NCBI GenBank assembly: GCA_963789395.1
Contig: CAWBKP010000013.1
Coordinates: forward strand, 32,001 to 96,000
DNA: 64,000 nucleotides
Direction of reading: 5' to 3'
From: an uncultured delta proteobacterium
Lineage (GTDB): Bacteria; Desulfobacterota; Desulfobacteria; Desulfobacterales; Desulfatirhabdiaceae
Shown: positions 9,948 to 20,637 of the stretch, in pieces
Position numbering within the stretch: the stretch's first letter is position 1
Layout of the letters: each line of letters opens with the position of its first letter
The notes under the pieces: generated by a model
The model's input: the letters and a program-made list of their open reading frames with translations, nothing else
What the model was told of the DNA's origin: nothing
The model's database searches: none
Made by a program: the position numbers and the translations under genes

Positions 9948-9982
9948 AGGCCCGTTTAACTTCGGTTATTCGGGCCTTTTTT
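9948..9982 (+). terminator. Rho-independent terminator
   Basis: AGGCCCG-tt-TAAC-TTCG-GTTA-tt-CGGGCCT followed by a T run. Confidence 0.85.
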
Positions 9983-10020
9983 GTTTCCACCATAAAAATT
10001 CCCCGATAAACTCCTCCCTT

Positions 10021-10096
10021 ATTTTTCCATACCGTTTTTAAAAAATAATATACCGTTAATATATTGTTGACATAATCTTTCCACTATGGAAAAATA
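10021..10096 (+). promoter_or_regulatory. PL-like early promoter with operator-like sites
   Basis: TTGACA at 10067-10072; AATATACCG shared with the cro/cI region; inverted repeat ATTTTTCCATA/TATGGAAAAAT. Confidence 0.55.
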
Positions 10097-10274
10097 CCCA
10101 TGCATCACAAACACCCACCCACCCCCGAGCGACCTTGACCGGCGCAAAGACGGGGTGGGCGGTTGCCATGGAAGACGGCGTTTGCGCCCAGGCATCAAGG
10201 CACGGATGAGACCGGGAAACTCAAATCGGCAGAATGACATCCCAATAAACCGAGAGCACGGAGGTCCGGCATGA

Positions 10275-10577
10275 ATGAATATCAGAATCAATCACAGTCA
10301 AGAAGATCCCAATCCAAGGCAAAGATCGCTCGCGGTATCTGTTCGCGGCAGCCCTGATCGTCATCCTCTATGGAGGGAGTTTCCTTCTGCCATGAAGCCG
10401 CAAACCAAACAGGCAATAGCCAAACTGGAAGAATCCGGCTGGAAATTGCTCCGGAAAGCCAAACGGGTCAACCGCTGGTGGTTTTACCGGACCAATCCAT
10501 ATGATTTCTTCACCGATTATATGACGGTCTTTGGAAATGGCCGGACGGCCAAGGGGATTTTGGAACGGGGGATCTGA
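10275..10577 (+). CDS. Hypothetical phage protein (true start may be the internal MKPQ)
   Basis: First ORF of the rightward operon; GGAGG sequences upstream. Confidence 0.45.
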   Translation: MNIRINHSQEDPNPRQRSLAVSVRGSPDRHPLWREFPSAMKPQTKQAIAKLEESGWKLLRKAKRVNRWWFYRTNPYDFFTDYMTVFGNGRTAKGILERGI

Positions 10578-10686
10578 ATGATTGAGGAAAATACCCCGGT
10601 TATCCCGTCCATTGTGATCGTTGTCATGGCCGTTCTTTTCGGCCTGACATTCTAACAATCAAACAAGAAAGGAAAGAGAGGTACAA

Positions 10687-11758
10687 ATGGGTTACATTGA
10701 GGATCTTGAAAGGTACAAAAAGGCAGGGGCCAATATTTTAATGGCTCCGACATCCACAACAGTCCCGCAGACGATTTTCACCCCGGTTATCGAAGAAATC
10801 AAATTGTCGCCTGACACCAAAAATGACAAGGACTGCTACCAGGATAAGGGCAAGCTGCAATTGTCCAGTTACGCGCTGGCCAAGCTGGCCGCGTGTGCCG
10901 GCGTTATGTGGGATACCGAGCATACACGGAGAACGGACAGGTGCAATAATTCCGATTATGTGTCCTATCAGGCGGTAGGGAGTGTAAGGCGGTTCGATGG
11001 CAGCCTTGATAGGCAAATCGGGGAGTATGACATTGACATGGTTGTCATAGCCGAAGAAGTGGACATGACCCAAAGAGCCAAAAAGGATAAAACGCCGCAG
11101 GAAATCGAATACGCAATCAGAAAAGAGGTCTTATACATCCGCAAACACAAGCTCAAGAAATGCGAAACGGGTGCCAAAAGCATCGTGATTCGGAAGTTGC
11201 TGGCCGTCAAAAACGGATACACAACCCAAGAACTCATGAAGCCATTTGTTATCTGTAGATACGTTCTGGTCCCTGATTACAACAACCCGTACATAATGCG
11301 AAAACTGCAAGACGTCGCGCTTAATGCGATAACCGGGATATATGGCGGCAACGCGGCGAATCAGGCCAGAATCACGCACACACCGGAAGATAGCAATCAG
11401 TTTGATGACGGGAACGTGATTGATATCCCCCTTGATGATGATAGCTATCTGCCTCCGGGAGAGCCTATCCACAGCTACACCGACCAGACCTCACCCAAAC
11501 GCCGGACCCCGAACCGACCCCACCGACCAATGCACCCGGCAACGGAAACGGCAACGGGCAGAAAAGCGTAAATGAGCAGGTGATTGATTTCTCCAACTGC
11601 GAACCGGAGAACAGGCCAAAATCCTTGAAACCCTGATGACCCGGAAAGCCTACGACTCCAAGAGCCTGAAACAACCCCTGTCTGAATTCAGTGACGCCCA
11701 TAAGATCGGTTTCTTCCGCAAACTGTTGGCGCTGCCGGAAGCAAACCAAACCGCTTAA
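10687..11758 (+). CDS. Unknown phage protein, putative ssDNA-annealing/recombination protein (frameshifts in C-terminal part)
   Basis: GAGG RBS; globular N-terminal ~220 aa plus acidic Pro-rich linker; directly upstream of SbcD/SbcC; function inferred from position. Confidence 0.55.
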
Positions 11759-11772
11759 TAAGGAGGTACGAA

Positions 11773-12992
11773 ATGAAAATATTGCATTTTGCGGACATAC
11801 ATGCCCGCGACAACGATCTGGATGAAATCGAAAAATGCCTGGATGAGATCGTTATTCAGGTAGCCAGACGAACGCCCGGACCTGATCGTATGCGCCGGTG
11901 ACGTATTTGACAGCCAGAACGTCAAGCTCGACTCAAAGGCGGCAAAGCTGATCTTTAACGTGTTTTCGGACCTTGCAGACATCGCCCCGGTTGTCGTTGT
12001 GATCGGCACACCGAGCCATGACGGGACCGCTGCCGAGGTGCTGGAACATATCAAAGCCAAAAATGAGGTATGGGTATCAAGCAGGCCGGAACAGATACAC
12101 CTATACGAAATTGGTGGCAAGATGGTTATCCGTGCCGCGTCACCGGTCCCACCGACGGCTATAATCAGCATGGTGCCGACCCCCACCAAACAGTTTTTCA
12201 ACTCCGATTCGGACATCAAGGGCACCGACAACGAGATCGCTCAGGCCATGGGCGCGATGTTCGCCGGGTTTGGGTCTCAGGCGGCGAATTTTCCCGGTGT
12301 TCCCCACATTCTTGTCGGTCACTTCCAGATCGGCGGCGCGTTTGTTTCCGAAACGCAACAGCTCAACGGCCTGGATATCGAAATCAGCCGGGAACAGATC
12401 GGCTATGCCAATGCTGATCTTGTAATGCTCGGACACATCCATCTTCACCAGCAGATCGGGCAGAACATCTTCTATTCCGGGTCCATCTTCCGTAAGGACT
12501 TCGGGGAGCTGGACGCAAAAAGGCTTTTACATCCATGAATTCGATGATGCCGGGTTTCTGTCTTCCCGGTTCCTTGAGACTCCCACCCGCAAGCTGATTA
12601 AGATCACGCGGGATTTTACAGACACCTGCAAGTCCCCGATTGATGACATTGATGTCTTCATGATTAATGCAGCCGATAGTCACGAAATTGACGGCGCCTA
12701 TATCCGCGTCGAGCTGAAGGTTTATCAGGATGAAGCCGTCAAGATCAATAAGGATGAGATTGAAACCATCCTGGCCGGCGCTGCCGAGGTTGATATCCGG
12801 ATTATCCGGATCCCCCGGGAGAACATCAGAAGCGCTCAGATTTTAAAGCTGTCCACACTTCGGGATAAGATTCAGGAAATGGCGGCCTTGAAAGCCGAGA
12901 CGGTTCCATCGTCGATTCTGTCAAAGGCTGATCTTCTGGAAAATCTGAATCCTGACCAAGTGTTTGCCCACGCGATTGGGGGTGCAGCATGA
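11773..12992 (+). CDS. sbcD: SbcD/Mre11-like metallophosphoesterase nuclease (frameshifted)
   Basis: MKILHFADIH...AGDVFD...GTPSHD...LVGH...LGHIH...YSGS. Confidence 0.9.
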
Positions 12993-15287
12993 AAATCACT
13001 TCTCTTAAACTCAGGGGCTTTATCGGAATCAAAAAAGGTTTGGGGCTGGATGAAATCAGTCTGGATTTTTCAAAGCTGTCCGGCCTCGTAGCTCTTGCCG
13101 GCCCGAACGGTCATGGGAAGACAACTATCCTTGATAACCTTTCTCCTTACCGCGTACTTGCCAGCCGGAACAAGAGCTTGCAGCACCACGTTTTTCTCAG
13201 GGATTCCATTAAGGAGCTTTGCTTTGAGTTTGCCGGTGACACCTACCGGACCCTGATAAAGATCGACGCCGAGAGCGACCGGACCGAGGGCTTTATCTGG
13301 AAAAATGACGTCCCCCAGGTGGACGGCAAAGTATCGGAATATGACAGATACATCACAGCCCTTTTTGGCAGCCAGCAGCTTTTCTTTTCCTCTGTTTTCT
13401 GCGCCCAAAACGCCGAAAAGATATCCGATATGACCACCGGCGAGTTGAAAAAGCTGTTCTCCGAATTCCTTCGCCTGGACCGGCTGGTCGAATTTGAGAA
13501 CACCGCAAAACAGTGTGTTGGCCTGCTTACCGCAAAGGCCGATGGGTTACACCGGGACATCCTTGCAGCTCAGGAATCATTAAAGGGAAAAGAAGACATC
13601 GAGAACACGATAGGCAAATGGGAAGTCTATTTAGACGGCACCCGCGCGCTGGTCAAGACGATGCAAGCAGAACTCAAAGACTCCGAGCGCGATCTTGAAA
13701 CCGCACGGGCAGCGGCGGCAAACAACACCATTATCCGGCAACGGATAGAGGATATGGAGGCTAATTTTGTCAGGCTTGAAAAAGAAATTGCCGCTGATTC
13801 AGTCTCGGCAGAAAACGCGCTTTCCGGACTGCGCGCAAAGACACGCAGTATCCTGAATGAGATCGAGGCTGCCGATAAGCTGCTTGCAATGAAAGCGATG
13901 GTAGAGGATGCCGCATACAAAATGGCAGGCATCGAATCCGCGATGGCGCTGAATGCCGAAAAGCTATCTGAGAGTCACAAGGCTGTCAACCCCCCTGATT
14001 GACCAATCCACAAAGGTATCTTTAGAGCTGGCCGAGGCCAAAAGCCAGCTTTCCGAAATCATCAGCGACCCGGCAATCAGGATCCTGGAAGCAAAAATCA
14101 AGGGACTCAAGGAAAGAACGGCAGACCTTGAAAAGAAAGACCCATCCTGTACCAGCACCACATGCGCTTTTATCGTCGGCGCGCTCAAGGCAACAGAAGA
14201 AATCAAGACCACAGAACCAAAGCTGGTAGCGCTCAGAGCTGAAACCGTCCAAAAGATAACAGCCGCGCAAGCTGTTGTAGATCAAAAAGTCAAGGAGTTG
14301 GCAGAGATCAACGCCCAATTGGGAAAAGCTGGCACAACCCGCAAAGCGCTTGAAGCCGAGGGGTTCAGGCTTAAATCTGAGCTGGAAAAAGTGAAAGAAA
14401 TAGCAGCGGACCGGGAAAGAATCGCTATCGCGGAATCCCGGCGCAACGACCTGATTGCAAGGAAAAACGAGATCATCACAGAGGGCAAACGGATCAGGGA
14501 GGAATGGGACGCCCGGATTGACGAGAAACGGACCGCTCAGGGTGAACTGAATGTACAGATCATGGAAACGCGGGCGGCGCTGGACCTTCTGGCTGATAAC
14601 AAAGTCGCAGACATCCAGGCGATCATCAACATGCACCGGGCGCACATAGATGAGGCAGTAGCAGATATCTCAAAGAAAGAAACGCAGCTTGCAGCACTTG
14701 AAAGAGAAGCCGCAATCAAGGCTGAAACGGTATCCAGACTTGCGGGCCTATCCGCTGACCGTGAGCGGGCAGTCAATGAAGCTGCCGATTGGCTGTACCT
14801 GAAAAACGCATGTTCGAAAGACGGACTCCGGGCTCTTGAAATCGACTCTGTTGCACCGATCATTTCCGGGTATGCCAATGATCTTCTGACCCAAACTTTC
14901 GGACCGCAGTACACGGTTAAACTGAGGACTCAGGATGAAGAAACCGGGAAAGAAGTTCTGGATGTCCTCACGATCCGTGATGACGGGTCCGAGGTTCTAA
15001 TTGACAATCTTTCAGGCGGCGAGCGGGTGTGGAGTTTAAAGGCCATGCGCCTTGCCATGACGCTGATCTCCAAGGAAAAGAGCGGAAAAGCCTTCACGTC
15101 TTTCCTGGCCGATGAGGAAGATGGCGGCCTGGATTCCGAGAACGCTCAGAGTTTTATCGGAATGTATCGCTCGTTCATGAAATCAGGCGGGTTCGATACC
15201 GGTTTTTTCATCAGCCATAAGCCCGAATGCGTGTCCATGGCCGATCATGTTTTGAAGTTTGGGAATGACGGAATCGTGATTGAGTAA
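12989..15287 (+). CDS. sbcC: SbcC/Rad50-like SMC ATPase (frameshift near 13995)
   Basis: Walker A GPNGHGKT, long coiled coil, central CTSTTC, LSGGE signature, Walker B FLADEEDGGLD, ISH. Confidence 0.92.
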
Positions 15288-15320
15288 TTTTTAACAGATC
15301 ATAGCGAGAGGATTCTAAGA

Positions 15321-16094
15321 ATGGAAACAGTTTTGACCACAGTTACCCCTGAAATGGCTAAAAAATTTCTAAGCAAAAATTACAAGCACAACAGGAAGTT
15401 AAGCCCCAGTCACGTCCAGTTTTTTGTCGATGAGATACTCGGTGATAATTTTGCCACGACTCATCAAGGTATTGCAATCGGCGTCAACGGTGCGCTTTTG
15501 GACGGGCAACATCGGCTCAATGCAATCGTGGAAACCGGGATTCCACAGATAATGAATGTAACGCGCGATGTCCCTTTGAGCGCCTATCAATATTTTGATG
15601 GCGGTAAAAAACGAACTGTCGCGGAACGGCATGAAATTGATAAGCGCGTCGCACAACCCATAACAGCCCTTGCCAAATTGACACAAGGGTATGGGTACAT
15701 CACAACAGAGTCGATACAGATGGCAAAAGACATGATTCTGGATGACATCGTTGAACTGATTGGTTTTGCTCCAAGGTCAAGGAAGTTTTTCGCAAGCGCG
15801 ACAATGAAGGTTGCCGCCGTAGCGTGCATGAAGACGTACAACCGGACTTATGCGAAAGAGTTATACAAGAAAATGGTGATGAGCGATTTAACCGATCTGC
15901 CGCCAGTCGGTAGCGCCTTTGTGAGACAGGCGTTGGTCGGCAAACTGGGGAATAAAGGTTCATCAGCCAGAGATTTGTTGTGCCGAGGGATCATCTTGTT
16001 TAACCCCCAACACGCCAACGTGACAAGGATCAGTGTCGATAGAGACAGCCTGTCAGAAATCAGGAAAAAAGTCATAGAAATGTGTTCAAAATAA
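15321..16094 (+). CDS. ParB/Srx-like (DGQHR motif) protein
   Basis: VTPEMAKKFL..N..NR.LS...THQGIA...LLDGQHRL.AI. Confidence 0.75.
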   Translation: METVLTTVTPEMAKKFLSKNYKHNRKLSPSHVQFFVDEILGDNFATTHQGIAIGVNGALLDGQHRLNAIVETGIPQIMNVTRDVPLSAYQYFDGGKKRTVAERHEIDKRVAQPITALAKLTQGYGYITTESIQMAKDMILDDIVELIGFAPRSRKFFASATMKVAAVACMKTYNRTYAKELYKKMVMSDLTDLPPVGSAFVRQALVGKLGNKGSSARDLLCRGIILFNPQHANVTRISVDRDSLSEIRKKVIEMCSK

Positions 16095-16107
16095 GCGGGG
16101 CATAAAC

Positions 16108-16371
16108 ATGACACGATATTCATGGAAAGATGTTCCAACGGTCGTAACCCTGTCCGACTACCTCAAGGAAAACAAGCAGCACGGCGTTTCGGTCGTGCTG
16201 ATGGACAAATCCCCCGCGATCCATTGCGATCCGGGGGTCACTCCGGCAGACAAGGACCGGTGGGCGGTCCTTGAAAAAGCCCTGGCACTTTTCCGGACCG
16301 CTGAGCCTGACATGCAGCACCTTCTCAACAACAGAATGATTAAGCTGCCCGGACATCCCGGGTGGAGATAG
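16108..16371 (+). CDS. Hypothetical phage protein
   Basis: In-operon 87-aa ORF. Confidence 0.6.
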   Translation: MTRYSWKDVPTVVTLSDYLKENKQHGVSVVLMDKSPAIHCDPGVTPADKDRWAVLEKALALFRTAEPDMQHLLNNRMIKLPGHPGWR

Positions 16372-16378
16372 TCAAAGA

Positions 16379-16783
16379 ATGCCAAGCCCCATATTCTCAG
16401 GCCGGGTAGAAAAAGGAAAGTTGATCCTTGATAATCCTCACCGGTATTTTGTCCGGCTCTCAGCCCTAAACGGAAAAAAGATCGAGCTGGCGATCAGACA
16501 GCAAAGACGCCAACGGAGCCTCAATCAAAATGCGGCATACTGGGGGGTCATGGTCGAGATACTGTGCAATCACACCGGCTACGACAAAGAGACCATGCAC
16601 GAAGCGCTCAAGGCAAAATTCGCCAGCCGGACGGATCCAGACACGGGCCTGCTTGTCATCGAAAGCACGGCAAAGATGGATACCAAAAGATTCAACCAAT
16701 ATTATGACGACATCCAGCGGTGGGCGGCTGAGTTTCTGGACTGCTACATCCCGTCACCGAATGAATGCGAGCTGATTGGGTAG
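16379..16783 (+). CDS. NinB/Orf-like recombination protein
   Basis: RQRSLNQNAAYWG...MHEALK..F...STAKMDTKRFNQY.D.I. Confidence 0.7.
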   Translation: MPSPIFSGRVEKGKLILDNPHRYFVRLSALNGKKIELAIRQQRRQRSLNQNAAYWGVMVEILCNHTGYDKETMHEALKAKFASRTDPDTGLLVIESTAKMDTKRFNQYYDDIQRWAAEFLDCYIPSPNECELIG

Positions 16784-16814
16784 AATACTGAGTATTTTGA
16801 CAGGAGATGATTTC

Positions 16815-17566
16815 ATGAAACAAATTATTAAAAAGCAAAATGAATCGCTGGTTGTAGTAGCCGGGAGTTTCGTATTTTGCGATAGCAGAATGGTAGCGGA
16901 AAAGTTTGGGGTAGAACACAATAAGGTTATGTAAGTGACCATCGAGTAATTTTATAGACCGCCTGGGGAAATTTAAGGGAGACTTTGAAAGACTACCTTA
17001 AATTTAAAATTCCCACCTGTTTTTATCGAAAGAATCGAAGAATATCGTGGTCAGATTTTTAATGGATATGAAATGAACAAAACAGCATTTGAACATATCG
17101 CATCAAAATTCAAAACAGATTCGAGCTCTGGAATGGCAATTGAAGTTTATTGATGCCTTCGCTCAGATGGAATCCGCTATACAACAGGTAGCAACCCAAA
17201 AAGCCAACGCCGAATGGCTGGAACGCCGTGCTTCCGGGAAACTGATTAGGCGCGAAGAAACTGATACGGTTAAAGTGTTTGTCGATTACGCCAAGAATCA
17301 GGGAAGCACCAAAGCAGAAACGTATTATATGAATATCAGTAAAATGCAGAATAAGGCGCTGTTCCTTATTGACCAGCGGTTCCATAATATCCGTGACCTT
17401 CTCGATTTGCATCAGTTAAGCACCATAGAGGCTGCTGACCGGATCGTGGTCAAGGCGATTAAAGATGGTATGGCAAACAGATTTACATTACAAAGAGATT
17501 TATCAGATCGCTAAAAAGAATGTTGAAACATTCGCCACAATCCACGGAAAATCTCAGGTGACATAG
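16815..17566 (+). CDS. rha: Rha-family phage regulatory protein (frameshifted)
   Basis: DSRMVAEKFGVEHNKV...YRGQ...YEMNK...ALEWQLKFIDAFAQME. Confidence 0.75.
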
Positions 17567-17623
17567 CGGTAGGATATCCAATTCGGGTGAAAAACAACTC
17601 AGCATAACAACAAGGTAGGCCAT

Positions 17624-19300
17624 ATGTTAAGAAAACATCAGAAAGAAATGGATGCCATCATCCAGAAAATTATCGCCGGGGATCCGACAGATACGATCAT
17701 CCTGAAAGCGACTCCCGGCGCCGGCAAGTCCGCAATCCCTCAGATTGCATCAAAGCTGATTGATGCCGGTCTCGCGGATGCACTCTGTTGGGTTTGCCCG
17801 CGAAAATCCTTGCAGGTCCAGGGAGAATTCAACTTCCTTGATCCCTTCTTCCGCAACTTACTGGGGCACACGTCCACGGTCCGGGCAGCGACAAACGACA
17901 TTGACCCGTGCCGAGGCCATGCCGGATTCATCACAACTTATCAGGCGATAGGCGTTGATGAAGACAGCACAGTCCTGAATGATTTCAAGAAAAAACGGTA
18001 CATCCTGATCCTTGATGAATTCCATCATTGCGAAAAAGACGGCACCTGGGCAAAAGCCATTGCCCCGCTGGTAGAGCTGGCCGCGTTCAAAATCTTCATG
18101 ACTGGGACCATCCAAAGAGGCGATGACAGCCAAATTGCCTTTATTGAATATACCGCCAATGGTAGCCGGCTGTATTCCGGCCATGTACGGGACAGACAAA
18201 ACGGCAGTCATTGAATACTCAAGAACGGATGCTTTGCAGGAGCGGGCGATCCTGCCCCTTCAATTTCAGCTCCATGACGGAGTGTCCGAATGGCTGGATG
18301 AAGAAAACCGGGCGCGCCGGGAGTCTCTTGGGAAAGTCATGGAAAAGGATGCAGGGGCCGCGATCTATACCGCGCTATCAACTGAATACGCAAATGAGCT
18401 TCTCGGCATGGCCATGGCGCACTGGACCAAACATCAGTATCGCTTTCCGGGCGCAAAGCTGCTGGTCGTTACTGCAAGTATCGAACATGCAAAGGCCGCC
18501 GCTGAGTTCATGGGCAAGAAGCTATACCACGCTGCAATAGCGACCAGCCACGATTCGGACCACGCGCAAGAGATGATTAAGCTGTTCAAGGGGGACCGGT
18601 TGAACGTCCTTGTGACTATTGCCATGGCCTATGAAGGGCTGGATGTTCCGGCCATATCCCATGTGGCATGTTTGACTCATATCCGGTCAAACCCGTGGAT
18701 AGAGCAGATGTTGGGCCGGGCTGTCCGTGTGGACGGAAGATACCCGTATGAATCCCAAACCGGACACATCTTTGCTCCCGATGACCCTTTTTTCCGGAAA
18801 ATCGTTAAGGCGATTGAAGCCGAACAGCTCCCGATTGCAAAAGCAGCCGGGGAAAAGACAGGCGGCGGCAAACAACTGAGCCTGTTTGGTGGCGAACGGG
18901 AACACGATAACATTTACAGGATCACCCCTGTCGGATCAAAGTTGACAGGACGCCGCGAGCTGCCCCTCGGGGCTCAGGTCAGCTTGTTCAAGACACGGCC
19001 GCCCCTGTGTTCCAGCCGTCACTATCAAAACCCCATCTGAAATCGAATCTGAGTTGAGATCCACTATAGACGCCCATGTCCGCAAGTACTCATTTGAGAA
19101 CCGGTACAAACCCCAAGCGGATCAACTCAGAGATAAAACGTGAATTCAACGGGAAACCCCGTGAAGAAATGAGCGGGGATGAACTGGAAAAGGTCTATGA
19201 ATTTGTCCTGGATACTTACCCGCTGTCAAAAGTCAGAGGGTGCGGGATACCGCGAGTTTCGAACAAAGCAAAGAGCTGGCCATTATATAAGGAGGATTAA
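17624..19300 (+). CDS. SF2 DEAD/DEAH-box helicase (frameshifted into 3 ORFs)
   Basis: ATPGAGKS, LDEFHH, MTGT, AYEGLDVP, EQMLGRAVR, small helical C-terminal domain. Confidence 0.88.
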
Positions 19301-19305
19301 AATCA

Positions 19306-19851
19306 ATGCAAATGCAACGGATTCAGCCGAACAGATTCTTTCAGCCCCACAACTCCATGCCATACCGGAACATGCTTTGCGATCAATACAACACCTGTCT
19401 GTCAAGGGCTGCCATCTATGACAAGCGCGACCTCGGATGTTCGGTATGCCAGAACATGGACATGGCTACAAAAAAAGAGGATGCATTTGATGCGGTCAAG
19501 GAAGTCCGGAAAGAGATCGTCAACCAGCGTGAAGCGGCAATCTATCTCGGTATCAGCCGGGACCGCCTGCGCGAGCTGGAAAAGGCTGGAAACGGACCCG
19601 TTTCCACATTAAATCCATCAGGGAAGCAGGAATATAAGATCAGTGTGTTGAGGGCGTTCTTGCGGTCAGAAATGCCAGACGCCGAGATCGTGACGGCGCC
19701 GGCAGCGGCCACGTTTTTAGGCATCTCAAGCAGGAGTCTGCGGACCCTTCGGGATAACGGGTCCGGGCCGCCGCATATCAGGGCAGGGAAATACTACCAG
19801 TATGTGATTGCCGATATCAGGGCATACAAAGTGACAAAAATCAAACCTTAA
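19306..19851 (+). CDS. Cys-rich N-terminus plus two MerR/excisionase-like HTH repeats
   Basis: EAAIYLGISRDRLRELEKAGNGP and AAATFLGISSRSLRTLRDNGSGP. Confidence 0.75.
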   Translation: MQMQRIQPNRFFQPHNSMPYRNMLCDQYNTCLSRAAIYDKRDLGCSVCQNMDMATKKEDAFDAVKEVRKEIVNQREAAIYLGISRDRLRELEKAGNGPVSTLNPSGKQEYKISVLRAFLRSEMPDAEIVTAPAAATFLGISSRSLRTLRDNGSGPPHIRAGKYYQYVIADIRAYKVTKIKP

Positions 19852-19888
19852 CCGAGAGGTATAGACCAGTAAAAAGGAGAAGAAGAAA

Positions 19889-20182
19889 ATGCCGACAAGT
19901 TTTAAACGAAGACGTTACCATCTTTACTGCCAGGACAAATACACCACATGCGGCATGTGCGGAAAACGGTTTGTTGGCAGCAAGGAAACTGATGTTGAAG
20001 TGACCACCTGTAAAAAATGTCAGACAAAAGTCGTACCCATTGCAACGACTCAGCCACCGGCGGCCCCCCGGCCATCCGTTATTCCGAATTCGGAAGTCCG
20101 GCTAAATTGCAATTATGGGCCGTTCACAGTGCATATTTCACAGCCGAATGGGTTCATGCTGGTCTGCGGTATGGGGGTGTAA
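19889..20182 (+). CDS. Small Zn-finger hypothetical protein
   Basis: CGMC...CKKC; AGGAG RBS. Confidence 0.6.
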   Translation: MPTSFKRRRYHLYCQDKYTTCGMCGKRFVGSKETDVEVTTCKKCQTKVVPIATTQPPAAPRPSVIPNSEVRLNCNYGPFTVHISQPNGFMLVCGMGV

Positions 20183-20184
20183 AG

Positions 20185-20637
20185 ATGAGACCACTTGTAA
20201 AAACACTGGCAACGATAGGAATAGCGTGTGCGATAGCTGACAGGGCTGTCGGAATGACAGACGATGCAGACGCCAAGAATGAATTCGCCAGATTAAATGA
20301 CGAGAGTATTAACGCGATGCGAGCTTTCCCGGGCCTTTTAAACGAGAAGGAGATCCGGCTTACCGCGCGCAATATCTCAGCGTTTTGCGACAAAATGAAC
20401 TGGGACAACCGACCCCTCCACACGCAGACATTGATGAATTTCAGCTCGGAGCTGCTTGAGAACATCCGTTCCGAGCTTGTAGCACATAACGCGGACAAAC
20501 GCCGCATTGAAGCCATTGATACTTTGATTGAGATCGAGGCTGGAATATATGGCAGGTTCGCACAACGAGAGTATCCCTTGTGCGCGATGGCAGGACAGCG
20601 GGCAAGTGAAGTGTGGGATGCGATATGGAACCAGTAA
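20185..20637 (+). CDS. Hypothetical phage protein
   Basis: Helical 150-aa ORF packed in the operon. Confidence 0.6.
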   Translation: MRPLVKTLATIGIACAIADRAVGMTDDADAKNEFARLNDESINAMRAFPGLLNEKEIRLTARNISAFCDKMNWDNRPLHTQTLMNFSSELLENIRSELVAHNADKRRIEAIDTLIEIEAGIYGRFAQREYPLCAMAGQRASEVWDAIWNQ

